NCBI GenBank assembly: GCA_964410915.1
Contig: CAYPIU010000003.1
Span: forward strand, 21,748-85,747
DNA from: an uncultured Synergistales bacterium
GTDB taxonomy: Bacteria; Synergistota; Synergistia; Synergistales; JAFGMB01
Direction: 5' to 3'
Length of the DNA: 64,000 bases
Under the pieces are notes generated by a model. It had not been told where the DNA came from. It did no database searches and saw only the letters and a program-made list of their open reading frames with translations. This document shows positions 36,163 through 45,261 of this stretch, in pieces (position 1 is the first letter of the stretch; every line of letters starts with the position of its first letter). A program made the translations under genes and the position numbers.

Positions 36163-36984
36163 ATGATCTTGGAACTTACAGTTCTTGTTGACAATTATTG
36201 TGCTTCTGCTGACTTGATATCTGAGTATGGTTTCAGTGTTTACCTCAAGGGCAAAGAAGGCAGGATCCTTATGGATACCGGACTTGGAAGGGCTCTTATG
36301 CCAAATATGGCTTCCCTTGGGATAGATCTGAAAGCAGTAAATGACCTTGTTCTCAGTCACGGACATTATGATCATACCGGTTCTCTTGCCCAGGTGCTTG
36401 CAAAGAACAGCAGCATGAGAATATGGGCCCATCCGGAAGTGGACGCGTTACACTTGAATCTCCGTGACGGAATACCCGATTTTGTAGGTTGTCACTTAAA
36501 CAAAAAAGCTGTTGATTTCAAGCCTGTATCCTCGCTGACAAAAATAATGAAAGGGGTATGGGCAGTTGAGGTCCCGCCTGAAAAGCGGGATACGGAGTTC
36601 TGGGACAGACCGGAAAATCTCGTAGTTCCTGATGGAAAGGGAGGTTTTATGCCGGATCCTTTCAGTGATGATATTTCACTGGTAGTTGAGGGAGAGAAAG
36701 GATTAAGTATTATTCTGGGCTGCGCTCATGCAGGTGTTGTAAATATCCTTGAGACTGTTGCAGAACACTTCAGGACAAGGGATTTCTATCTCGTGGTAGG
36801 GGGGATGCATACCCGTGCTTTCAATAGAGAGGCTCTGGACAAGGTTATATCAGCCTTGCTCGGAAGGTTTTCTGTGAAAAAATGGGGTCCCTCGCATTGT
36901 TCAGGTTTTAATGCGGCTGCGGAAATGGCAGCCAGGGCCGAAGATGTATCCTGGTACGGAAGTGGAAGCAGGATCATGCTTTAG
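36163..36984 (+). CDS. MBL-fold metallo-hydrolase (COG1237-like)
   Basis: 273 aa. Contains LSHGHYDHTG (HxHxDH motif) and, later, GCAHAG and GPSHCSG. Confidence 0.85.
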   Translation: MILELTVLVDNYCASADLISEYGFSVYLKGKEGRILMDTGLGRALMPNMASLGIDLKAVNDLVLSHGHYDHTGSLAQVLAKNSSMRIWAHPEVDALHLNLRDGIPDFVGCHLNKKAVDFKPVSSLTKIMKGVWAVEVPPEKRDTEFWDRPENLVVPDGKGGFMPDPFSDDISLVVEGEKGLSIILGCAHAGVVNILETVAEHFRTRDFYLVVGGMHTRAFNREALDKVISALLGRFSVKKWGPSHCSGFNAAAEMAARAEDVSWYGSGSRIML

Positions 36985-37040
36985 CAGGGGCTGCATAAGT
37001 AGAGTTTCCGGAGGAGGAGTCTTTCCTGACACCTCCTTTT

Positions 37041-37856
37041 TTATTTCTGACTTAGAAAAGCTTTTACAATACTCGAAAAAAGCTCAGGGTATTGATATAT
37101 CATTCCGTGTCCACCACCTCGAATAACTTCGAGTCTTGACTTCGGTATTTGATCTGAGAGCATATGGGAATTCTCGACAGGAAAGACAGCATCCTCGTCT
37201 CCTGTGATCACGAGGGTTTCGTTAGATATTGATCCAAGCCGGTCCCAGGCACCTTCCCAACTCGTAATAGCCTGTATCTGTTTTCTGATGGAAGGGATAT
37301 TTTTAAGATACACTGACATGGGTTTTGACAGGAAGCCCTTCCTGAAAGAGGGATGATCTGCGAGCCAGGATTCCGGGACCATAAGGCTGAGTGCTGTTTC
37401 AGTAAGTTCCATTGGGGTGCCTGTGGTATCAAAAAGCCGCTTCATTACATCTGCTGGAGGCAGGGCTGTCTGCATACCTCCGCATGAACTGCCGTAAAGA
37501 ACAAGCCTGTTGATCTTTTCAGGATAAAGGATCGCCATTTCCTGTGCCACAAAACTGCCCATGGACCATCCAAGTACATGGGCCCTGTCTAATCCCAGGA
37601 TATCCATCAATTCTTTAGTGTCTCTTGCAAATTCAGGGATGGTAAAGTTTTTTACACCTGCAGAAGTTTCCCCCATCCCTCTGTTATCAAAGACTATTAC
37701 CCTAAAATCTGATGAAAGTTTTTTAATAAGCTCTGGGCCCCAGTATCCCATAATGCCGGCCATCCCCATTATCATTAAAAGGGGAGGCCCGCTGCCTTCT
37801 TCCATCCAGGATATTTCAATATCTCGAACATCAGTTTTCCTGATCTCCATTTTCAT
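37041..37856 (-). CDS. Alpha/beta-fold hydrolase
   Basis: 271 aa. Contains the GWSMGS nucleophile elbow, FDNRGMG, and C-terminal GGGHGM. Confidence 0.85.
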   Translation of the reverse strand: MKMEIRKTDVRDIEISWMEEGSGPPLLMIMGMAGIMGYWGPELIKKLSSDFRVIVFDNRGMGETSAGVKNFTIPEFARDTKELMDILGLDRAHVLGWSMGSFVAQEMAILYPEKINRLVLYGSSCGGMQTALPPADVMKRLFDTTGTPMELTETALSLMVPESWLADHPSFRKGFLSKPMSVYLKNIPSIRKQIQAITSWEGAWDRLGSISNETLVITGDEDAVFPVENSHMLSDQIPKSRLEVIRGGGHGMIYQYPELFSSIVKAFLSQK

Positions 37857-37968
37857 GTTCAGGTCCTGCTCCTTTTGATCAGATCATTCAAAACCCAATC
37901 TGTCTTGAATAACAGCAGAAATTGATTCTGAAATTTTGTCATATTTCATATTTAAATTTGCAGAATTG

Positions 37969-39558
37969 TCATTTTAGAAGAGGCTGTATTTCAGTCTCGA
38001 ATTTCCCTTCATTGAATCTTAACTGTATGTTGCGCTGCCATTCATCTCTTTCTAAAGGATAATCCTCGCGATAATGTACACCCCGGCTTTCCTGCCTTGC
38101 AAGGGCACTTTTCGCTATTGACATGGCCGAGTCAAGAAGGCCTTGAATTTCAAGTGCGGACAGAAGGTCAAGATGGTCTGGAACCTCAGTTCTGGAACTT
38201 TGAGGGTATAGATCCTCAATAATATCTACCGTCTTTTTTATGGATGATGATGTTCTTACGGGTCCAAGCCCTTTCTGGACAGCATTTTTTATACTCTTTT
38301 TTATTTCAGAGGGAGGTATGTTTCCCTCTGACCATTCTTTGATTTTTCCCATGCTGTTCAAGGGTTCAAAATCCTGGGCTTCTCCTGTTGCAGATCGGGA
38401 AGCTGTTTTTCCGGCTATCATTCCGAAGGTAACGATGTTGGTAAGAGCGTTTCCTCCAATACGGCTTGCCCCATCAATTCCTCCTGTTACTTCTCCGCAT
38501 GCAAAAAGCCCTTTAATGCTGGTTGAACATGAGGGATCGATATCTATTCCTCCGGTCATGTAATGCTCGATGGGGCTTACATTTACAGGACCGTACTCCC
38601 ATGGTTTTTTATCTTTGGGGTAAAAGTTCAGCATTTCTAAAAGGGGAGGTTTTGCCCAGTCTTCAGGGGGGAATTTTTCAAGATGCAGTAAAGCTTTTCC
38701 GCCACTTTTAAGGTGTTTCGCCAGGCAAATGGAAGTTTTATCTCTGGCGTAGTAATTCCCTTCGAGACCGTTTTTCAGGCCCCAGGAATGAATTGCCTCA
38801 AGGAGAAATTCCCTGTTATTTTCATCTACCAGGGGAACCTGGTCAATTATTCCAAGTCCCACCATCCAGTTTGTGAAATTCGGTTCGTCCCAGCCGAGTG
38901 GATAGAACTGGACGAATTCCATATCCTTCAGATGGGTACCTGCCCTGAGAGCAAGAGAATAACCGTCTCCTGTAACTCTGCTCGGATTATCTGTCCTTGA
39001 ATAGATCTGTCCAGCTCCTCCAGTAGCGAGAATAACGGCTGAGGCTCCTAAGCCCAGAGCATTGCCTGTCTTCCAGTTAACACATTCAACACCCTTTATC
39101 TTTCCATCTTCAATTTTTAATTCTGTTACAACCGTATCTTCAAGAAATCTGATCCCCAGATCCTTTGCTATTGCATATAGCTCTTCTATCATTCCGTAGC
39201 CAGCCATAAAAAGGTTGGAGGCACTTGCCCTTGTAGATGCATGGCCGGATTTCAGCAATTTTAAAGTCACGCCCCATGACTGAAGTTCTTTCATGGTTTT
39301 TACGGCATTTTCCGAAAAGGTCTGAACCATCTTGAGATCGTTGATATAACGGCCTATTTCCATGGTTCTTGATGCATGTAATTCTGGAGATATCTTTCCG
39401 TATCCCAGCGTGAAAAGTCCTGCAGCGTAAGCTGTGCAGCTTCCGGTCCCTCTGCCTGTTTTGTTTATTACTATCACTTCAGTGCCGGGCTTTCTTGCTG
39501 ATATTGCTGCTACCAGGCCAGCTCCTCCCGCTCCAACCACAATAATTCTTCTTTTCAT
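37969..39558 (-). CDS. FAD-dependent oxidoreductase, fumarate reductase/succinate dehydrogenase flavoprotein / L-aspartate-oxidase-like
   Basis: 529 aa. Contains VVGAGGAGLVAA, GGIDIDP..., CGEVTGG and ESRGVHYREDYP. I saw no His-containing covalent-FAD motif of SdhA type. Confidence 0.8.
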   Translation of the reverse strand: MKRRIIVVGAGGAGLVAAISARKPGTEVIVINKTGRGTGSCTAYAAGLFTLGYGKISPELHASRTMEIGRYINDLKMVQTFSENAVKTMKELQSWGVTLKLLKSGHASTRASASNLFMAGYGMIEELYAIAKDLGIRFLEDTVVTELKIEDGKIKGVECVNWKTGNALGLGASAVILATGGAGQIYSRTDNPSRVTGDGYSLALRAGTHLKDMEFVQFYPLGWDEPNFTNWMVGLGIIDQVPLVDENNREFLLEAIHSWGLKNGLEGNYYARDKTSICLAKHLKSGGKALLHLEKFPPEDWAKPPLLEMLNFYPKDKKPWEYGPVNVSPIEHYMTGGIDIDPSCSTSIKGLFACGEVTGGIDGASRIGGNALTNIVTFGMIAGKTASRSATGEAQDFEPLNSMGKIKEWSEGNIPPSEIKKSIKNAVQKGLGPVRTSSSIKKTVDIIEDLYPQSSRTEVPDHLDLLSALEIQGLLDSAMSIAKSALARQESRGVHYREDYPLERDEWQRNIQLRFNEGKFETEIQPLLK

Positions 39559-39573
39559 TATGGACTCTCCTCT

Positions 39574-40644
39574 CTATGAAGGATCATTTATTTCTGGAAT
39601 ATCTGCTATAAATTCCTTTAACGATCTTCGGGTATTTCCGTTTCTTCCAGTTACAGATGATGAATATATCATCGAGTTCAGGATAGATTCCTCAGTTGCT
39701 TCAACTGTTGCCCTGAAAAGAGGATCTATCATTTCATCATTTAACATCCTGAGGGGAAGAATGACATTGTTGGAAAAATGCTCGATCCGGTTCGTGGTTG
39801 AAAATGCAAGTGCGATTTCCCCGCTCCCATTCTGAATATATGATCCAGTCCTGCTTATTCCTGCAGAGACCCTTCTGCAGATCCTTTTGAGCTGTCGCTC
39901 TGATAACGGGGCATCAGTTGCAATAACGACAATAATTGACCCCGGTGAATTTTCCCTTTCCTCACGGAGCGATCTGGAAATATACCTTCCGGCTTTTATC
40001 CCGTTTATTGTAAGATCTTTCATTTCGCCGAAATTTGAAAGTACCAGGGCGCCGACAGTAAAAGTTTCATTTCCGATCGCAGCTATTCTTGAGGAACTGC
40101 CTATTCCTCCCTTGAGTTTATAACAGGACATCCCCTTACCTGCTCCCACATCTCCCTGTGTGAAGTCGGCTGTTGAATTCTGAATAGCCCCGGATACATG
40201 TGCGGGTTGTACGTATAATCCCCTTATGTCGTTGAGAAAGCCATCATTACACTCGCATACCACGGGATTGACCGTTCCTGCAGTTTTACCTATTTCAACG
40301 TTCTGTTCGATCATATACTGGACAAGCCCTTTATATGCGTCTCCCACACTGAGAGTGTTGGTAAGTATTATAGGTGTTTCTATTGTGCCAAGTTCATCTA
40401 TCTGGATAAGCCCGGTCGATTTGCCAAAACCATTTATAACATGGGATGCTGCCATGACCTTGTCTCTGAAAAGGTTTCCCTGGTGGGGCAGTATAGCTGT
40501 GACCCCGGTTCTGGCATTACCCTGATCGAGTGTTTCATGTCCAACAGTTACTCCTTTTACATCTGATATGGAGTTGAGATCGCCCTTTGGGAGTATCCCT
40601 GTTTTAAAAATGATATTGATATCTGGTTCTCCAGGGGTCTTCAT
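39574..40644 (-). CDS. S58/DmpA-family (P1) aminopeptidase, L-aminopeptidase/D-esterase-like
   Basis: 356 aa. Contains GVTVGHETL..ARTGVTAILP. PG|SIIVVIATDAPLSERQLKRI matches the DmpA self-cleavage site and Ser nucleophile context. Confidence 0.85.
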   Translation of the reverse strand: MKTPGEPDINIIFKTGILPKGDLNSISDVKGVTVGHETLDQGNARTGVTAILPHQGNLFRDKVMAASHVINGFGKSTGLIQIDELGTIETPIILTNTLSVGDAYKGLVQYMIEQNVEIGKTAGTVNPVVCECNDGFLNDIRGLYVQPAHVSGAIQNSTADFTQGDVGAGKGMSCYKLKGGIGSSSRIAAIGNETFTVGALVLSNFGEMKDLTINGIKAGRYISRSLREERENSPGSIIVVIATDAPLSERQLKRICRRVSAGISRTGSYIQNGSGEIALAFSTTNRIEHFSNNVILPLRMLNDEMIDPLFRATVEATEESILNSMIYSSSVTGRNGNTRRSLKEFIADIPEINDPS

Positions 40645-40782
40645 CGCTTAAGGTCTCCTTTCTGGGTATCCTGTTATTCTTGAAGCTTATTAAAGCATAT
40701 TTATGGCTGTTTGGGAAAAAGTGTTCCCATTCGATTTTTTCAGTTATTATTGTTATTAAAAATATCGGAAGGGAGATTAACT

Positions 40783-41724
40783 ATGGATCTTTCCCGAAAG
40801 GCTCTTTATTTTTTCTGCGTAAAGGAGCCCTGGCATTATGTTGGAAAAGATGTTTTTGAAAAAGCGGCAGAACTTTTTGATCTCAGGGAAACTGATATTA
40901 AAGTTGACGGTTATCCAGTAATGGAATATCAGGATGATAAAGGCAATGAGTTTTACTTCATGCGTCAGAATGCCCTTGTAAGTTATGAGTTTGCTCGTTT
41001 TCTCCCGATCCTCAAGGATAACTTTTCCGATTTTGATATAGCGGGAGAAGTGAACTGGCATGAAGGCGATAATGCCCCTGACAGAATACTTACAGTTCAT
41101 TCAATTGGAGATGTGGAACTCGGTTGCTTCAGCAAGGCAGCTCCGCGGTATATGAAGAATCTGCTCATGTCACTTGAAAAATACAGAAATGAGGCAGGAC
41201 TGGCTGAATACAGAGTAACCACTGAAGCAACTCACTGGACAGGTTCCATAAAGGGTGGTGATCCTGAGGATATCCCGGATTTCCCCGTGCCAATGGTGGA
41301 TATTGAGATAGGCAGTACCATGAATAGCTGGAAAGACAGGAATGCAGTCGAAGTTCTTGCGAGATCACTGGTGGAAGTTTTTGACGATGATACGGAACTG
41401 GTCAATATTCTTTGTGCAGGAGGGACTCACTTTGCAGAATGCTTTGCCCGGCCGGCTATCGAAGCAGAATATCCTTTCGGTGTGAGCCATATTCTTCCTA
41501 ATCAGTGGCTGGTAAGCGGCGGATATGATACCAGTGAAGGTTTTGAGAAGATGAAAAAGTGTATAGAGACTATTCCCGGAGGAATAAGTGCAATTTTTTA
41601 TCATGAAGGTATCAAAGGACCCTACCGTCAAACGTGCCGTTTACTTGGAGAATTGATTGATGTTCCTGTTTTCAAGCATAAAAAGCTTAAAAAACCTGAT
41701 CAGCTTCCAATATGGAAAGATTAG
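40783..41724 (+). CDS. DTD2-like protein (archaeal-type D-aminoacyl-tRNA deacylase fold, PF04414-like) with variant motifs
   Basis: Contains TTEATHWTG, VDIEIGST..W, GGTHF, VSHILP and AIFYHEGIKG, which line up with the remembered DTD2 motifs EATHHGP, IEIGS, GGGHY and GHILP. The start was moved to the ATG at 40783 (RBS GGAAGGGAG). Confidence 0.55.
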   Translation: MDLSRKALYFFCVKEPWHYVGKDVFEKAAELFDLRETDIKVDGYPVMEYQDDKGNEFYFMRQNALVSYEFARFLPILKDNFSDFDIAGEVNWHEGDNAPDRILTVHSIGDVELGCFSKAAPRYMKNLLMSLEKYRNEAGLAEYRVTTEATHWTGSIKGGDPEDIPDFPVPMVDIEIGSTMNSWKDRNAVEVLARSLVEVFDDDTELVNILCAGGTHFAECFARPAIEAEYPFGVSHILPNQWLVSGGYDTSEGFEKMKKCIETIPGGISAIFYHEGIKGPYRQTCRLLGELIDVPVFKHKKLKKPDQLPIWKD

Positions 41725-41762
41725 CAGGCTTTATTTTAGTCAAAATCGGGAGGGGTCCTTCT

Positions 41763-42659
41763 ATGAAGTTTACTTTCAAGTATGTAAAGTCAAAATTTAT
41801 TTCAGGATATTCGATAGCAATGAAGGAAAAAGATACATTTCTAACCTCCACTGCAGGTACACTTCTACTATGTTTTGGAATAATAGCACTGACCATACCT
41901 TATAGATTTCCTGATACGGGAGTGACGGGGCTGGCGGTCCTTTCCAATTATGTCTGGGGAATTTCCCCGGCCTGGGTTATAGCAGTTGTAAATATAGTGC
42001 TTTTTATCTGGGGATGGAAAAGACTTTCAAGAAGATTTGTTCTATGGACAATTTATGTTGTTGCCCTTACGACGGCAGGATTGAAATTTTTCAGCCTGTT
42101 CACGTATCCGATCATAGAAGAGACACTTCTGGCAGCCCTGCTTGGAGGTGTTATCAAAGGTATTGGTATAGGCCTTGTCCTCAGGGATGGTTCCTCCACA
42201 GGCGGGACAGATATAATTGCGGTGGGATTGAGGAAGCATTATGGTGTGGATATTGGAACGTATAACTTTTACATAAACATGCTTATCCTTTTTGGCAGTT
42301 ATTTTGTGGTTGGTCTTCAGAGTGTCCTTTACGGCGGGGTAATGCTTTATGCAGAGGGATTACTTATTGACAATGTGCTTCGTTCCTTTGACCGCAGGAA
42401 ACAGCTTTTTATTATTACATCAAAAATAAATGATACGAAAGATTTCATTGTCAGAGAACTGGGGAAAGGTGCGACGGTCCTTCAGGGACAAGGTGCATAC
42501 ACCAGTGAAGAAAGGCCAGTTATTATGACAGTCCTGACCCGCAGGCAGTCAGTTGATATAAAAAGATTTCTCGCAGAAAATGATCCTGAAGCCTTCATAA
42601 TAGTTGGTGAGGCCGGAGAAGTTGTAGGGGAGGGATTTAAAAGCTGGAAAGGGATGTGA
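41763..42659 (+). CDS. YitT-family membrane protein with C-terminal DUF2179 domain
   Basis: Contains GGTDIIA and a C-terminal ATVLQGQGAYT...FIIVGEAGEVVGEGF. The start was moved to the ATG at 41763 (RBS GGGAGGGG). Confidence 0.8.
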   Translation: MKFTFKYVKSKFISGYSIAMKEKDTFLTSTAGTLLLCFGIIALTIPYRFPDTGVTGLAVLSNYVWGISPAWVIAVVNIVLFIWGWKRLSRRFVLWTIYVVALTTAGLKFFSLFTYPIIEETLLAALLGGVIKGIGIGLVLRDGSSTGGTDIIAVGLRKHYGVDIGTYNFYINMLILFGSYFVVGLQSVLYGGVMLYAEGLLIDNVLRSFDRRKQLFIITSKINDTKDFIVRELGKGATVLQGQGAYTSEERPVIMTVLTRRQSVDIKRFLAENDPEAFIIVGEAGEVVGEGFKSWKGM

Positions 42660-43025
42660 TATGTCCCTTTTTGTTAGCTTTTTTCAGTATTATAGTGCTT
42701 TATTCATATTTAAAACCTGGACATTTCATTTTATATTTAATATTTCTGATCCCTGGACCACTAACAGCACTCCGGGAAATGTCTCTCTGTTGAAGCTGTC
42801 AGTGTTTCAGCCGGATTGAGAGTGTATAAGGCAGGGCATTAGAAATTATTGCGAGAAAGGATATAACTCCGATTTCTTCGTCTGAAGCGGGAAAGGTCAA
42901 TGAAAAAGAATATTCTAAACTATCTGTGTTTGACAATGTCTAAGACTATGTTAATATGATTCGAAATATGATTTTGTATTTTATATAATAAAATTTATGA
43001 TTCCATGAAATGAGTTGACTTGAAG

Positions 43026-43772
43026 ATGAAGGAAAATATGTCTCTGTACAAAGCTTTTGCTATTATCGAATGTCTTTCCAAAAGTGATGAGATGAGTATT
43101 CTCAAGCTTTCAAAAGAGTTGGATCTTAACAAGAGCACGGTGTACAGATTCCTTTCGACCCTCTCTTCGCTGGGATATGTTAAACAGAACCCTTCAAACA
43201 GAAATTATTCTCTGACATTTAAATTCTTTCAGCTCGGGAGAGCAAAGAGCAGCTCACAGAGTCTGAGTTCGCAGGTTAGGCCTTACATGGAAAAACTTCG
43301 TGAGAAAACGGATGAATCTGTTAATCTTGCTATCATGGACGGTTCTAACGTACTTTATATTGATCAGGTTGAATCCAGCAATACCATAAGGGCAAATGTT
43401 GAGGTCGGAAAGACCTTTCCTGCTTATAGTGTTGGTGTTGGAAAAGCAATAATGGCGTATCTTCCTGAAGAGGAGATAATCCGTCTTTTCGGGAAAGTGT
43501 CCTTTGTACATTATACCGATAAAACAGTGTCATCCCTTGGGCAGCTTTTAAAGGAACTTGAGAATGTTCGAAAATGCGGATATGCTCTTGATGATGAAGA
43601 ATGCATGGAAGGTCTTGCCTGTATTGCAACTCCAATTTTTTCTTCGGATGTTCCTGTTGCCGCCATAAGTGTTACGTTTCCACGTTTTCGCTACCAGGCT
43701 GGAAGCGAGCAGGAGAAAAGACTTATAGATCTGCTTATGGAAATGGCGGGGTCTGTCAACGAACTTCTGTAA
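43026..43772 (+). CDS. IclR-family transcriptional regulator
   Basis: wHTH LSKELDLNKSTVYRFLSTLSSLGYV plus an IclR effector domain. Alternative starts are TTG 43020 and ATG 43038. Confidence 0.88.
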   Translation: MKENMSLYKAFAIIECLSKSDEMSILKLSKELDLNKSTVYRFLSTLSSLGYVKQNPSNRNYSLTFKFFQLGRAKSSSQSLSSQVRPYMEKLREKTDESVNLAIMDGSNVLYIDQVESSNTIRANVEVGKTFPAYSVGVGKAIMAYLPEEEIIRLFGKVSFVHYTDKTVSSLGQLLKELENVRKCGYALDDEECMEGLACIATPIFSSDVPVAAISVTFPRFRYQAGSEQEKRLIDLLMEMAGSVNELL

Positions 43773-43804
43773 TAAGTATTTCTTAGACTATATATTCAGC
43801 CCCT

Positions 43805-43834
43805 GGCTTACAAACCGGGGGCTGATTTTTCTTT
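43805..43834. terminator. Hairpin between the convergent IclR and MFS genes
   Basis: tcagcccctgg-cttacaaa-ccgggggctga followed by tttttc. Confidence 0.65.
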
Positions 43835-43843
43835 ATTTCAGAT

Positions 43844-45127
43844 CTATATTTTCATTTCAGTTTTTCGGTTATGGATGAGTTTTGACTGGGGCAGTCTTGT
43901 AAGGATCAACATACTCAATGGTGCCAGCAGGGCTCCTGCACCTAAAATAAGAAAGGACATTCCCCAGTTCGTAGCGTTGCTCATATCAGTTATGTTCGGA
44001 TTATATATTTCGAGAATTTTCCCAAAAATAACAGGAGCAACAATTGTAGGAAGATATCCAAGTGCTGATTGTGCTCCCAGAGCAGTACTTCTTATATGAG
44101 GCCGGGTCATCTCTGTCAGTGCTGCTTTGTATATGCCGGAATCTGCGATTGTCCAGAAACCTATCCATATTGCCAGTACAGCTACTGTTGCAATGCCTTT
44201 TCCAAATGTGAACCCAAAGATACCGTTACCGATAATGCTGCATATGGAGACTGCCATAATGACTTTTATCCTGCCTGCGCGGTCCGATATTGATCCTGCC
44301 ATCCATACTCCTAAAGCACCGGCTGCGATAGCGACTGATGCACCTATACCTCCAAGAGATACAGCTTTACCCAGGGGGAAGCCTGAGTGAACAAGGTTTG
44401 CTACAAGGAAAGGTCCGATCCATCCCCAGAAAGCATAAAGTTCCCACATATGTCCCATATATCCTAAAGTCAGGACGGCAGGCCCCTTGTATCCTCCCTC
44501 CGGAGCAGGTTCCGGATCTTTTGATGATCTCTGGGCAGTCTCTTTCTTTTCAAGAGGATCTCCATCAAGCGTTCCGTTCGATATAAATCTATAAATGAAA
44601 AAGACCGAAAGGAATGTTGGAAGAGCACAGAAAAACATTGCAGATCTCCAGCCGATAATACCTGCAAGAGGTGATGTTATGAAATAACCTCCGGCATAAG
44701 ACATGGTAAGTCCGGCGGTATATGCTCCTATAGCCTTTCCCCTCTTGCCAGGTTCAAACCACGATGAAAGAAGTGCCATACCCGGGGCGTATATTGCTCC
44801 GGAAAAAAGACCTGTTGAAAGTCTCAGCAGCATCACAGATATAAAACCCTTTGCATAAAACGGGAACAAAATAGCAGTTACAGCAGTGCCGAACGAGGCT
44901 GAAAGAATAACTATCTTAGGTTTGAATCTGTCAGCCAAAAACCCTGTGACTAGTACAGTAATCACATAGCCAACCTGGAAAGACGACAGTATGTATCCCA
45001 GCTGGGTTGTGCTGAGGGCTAACTCAGTTGTTATAAGATTGGATACTGCGGAAAAACTGTACCAGGGGAGGTAAGTAAAAAATAGCGAAATTACCATAAA
45101 AAAAAGGATATTGTCTTCTTTCTTCAC
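43844..45127 (-). CDS. MFS transporter
   Basis: 427 aa with 12 predicted TM segments and a central loop. GTG start 8 nt after a GAGGAGG RBS. Confidence 0.85.
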   Translation of the reverse strand: MKKEDNILFFMVISLFFTYLPWYSFSAVSNLITTELALSTTQLGYILSSFQVGYVITVLVTGFLADRFKPKIVILSASFGTAVTAILFPFYAKGFISVMLLRLSTGLFSGAIYAPGMALLSSWFEPGKRGKAIGAYTAGLTMSYAGGYFITSPLAGIIGWRSAMFFCALPTFLSVFFIYRFISNGTLDGDPLEKKETAQRSSKDPEPAPEGGYKGPAVLTLGYMGHMWELYAFWGWIGPFLVANLVHSGFPLGKAVSLGGIGASVAIAAGALGVWMAGSISDRAGRIKVIMAVSICSIIGNGIFGFTFGKGIATVAVLAIWIGFWTIADSGIYKAALTEMTRPHIRSTALGAQSALGYLPTIVAPVIFGKILEIYNPNITDMSNATNWGMSFLILGAGALLAPLSMLILTRLPQSKLIHNRKTEMKI

Positions 45128-45141
45128 TTTTCGATCCTCCT

Positions 45142-45183
45142 CTATAAATTCAGGGAGCCCAGGAGGGCTCCCTGAATTTATAG
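45142..45183 (-). other. Perfect 19-bp stem / 4-nt loop hairpin in the 134-nt spacer between the unknown enzyme gene and the MFS gene
   Basis: ctataaattcagggagccc-agga-gggctccctgaatttatag. On the minus strand it ends 7 nt before the MFS RBS. Confidence 0.8.
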
Positions 45184-45261
45184 CTTTCTCATAAAAATGA
45201 AAAAACTATTCTTTCAAGATCTCTCTGATTCTCAAATCATCAATTTAGATTTCCCGGTCTA

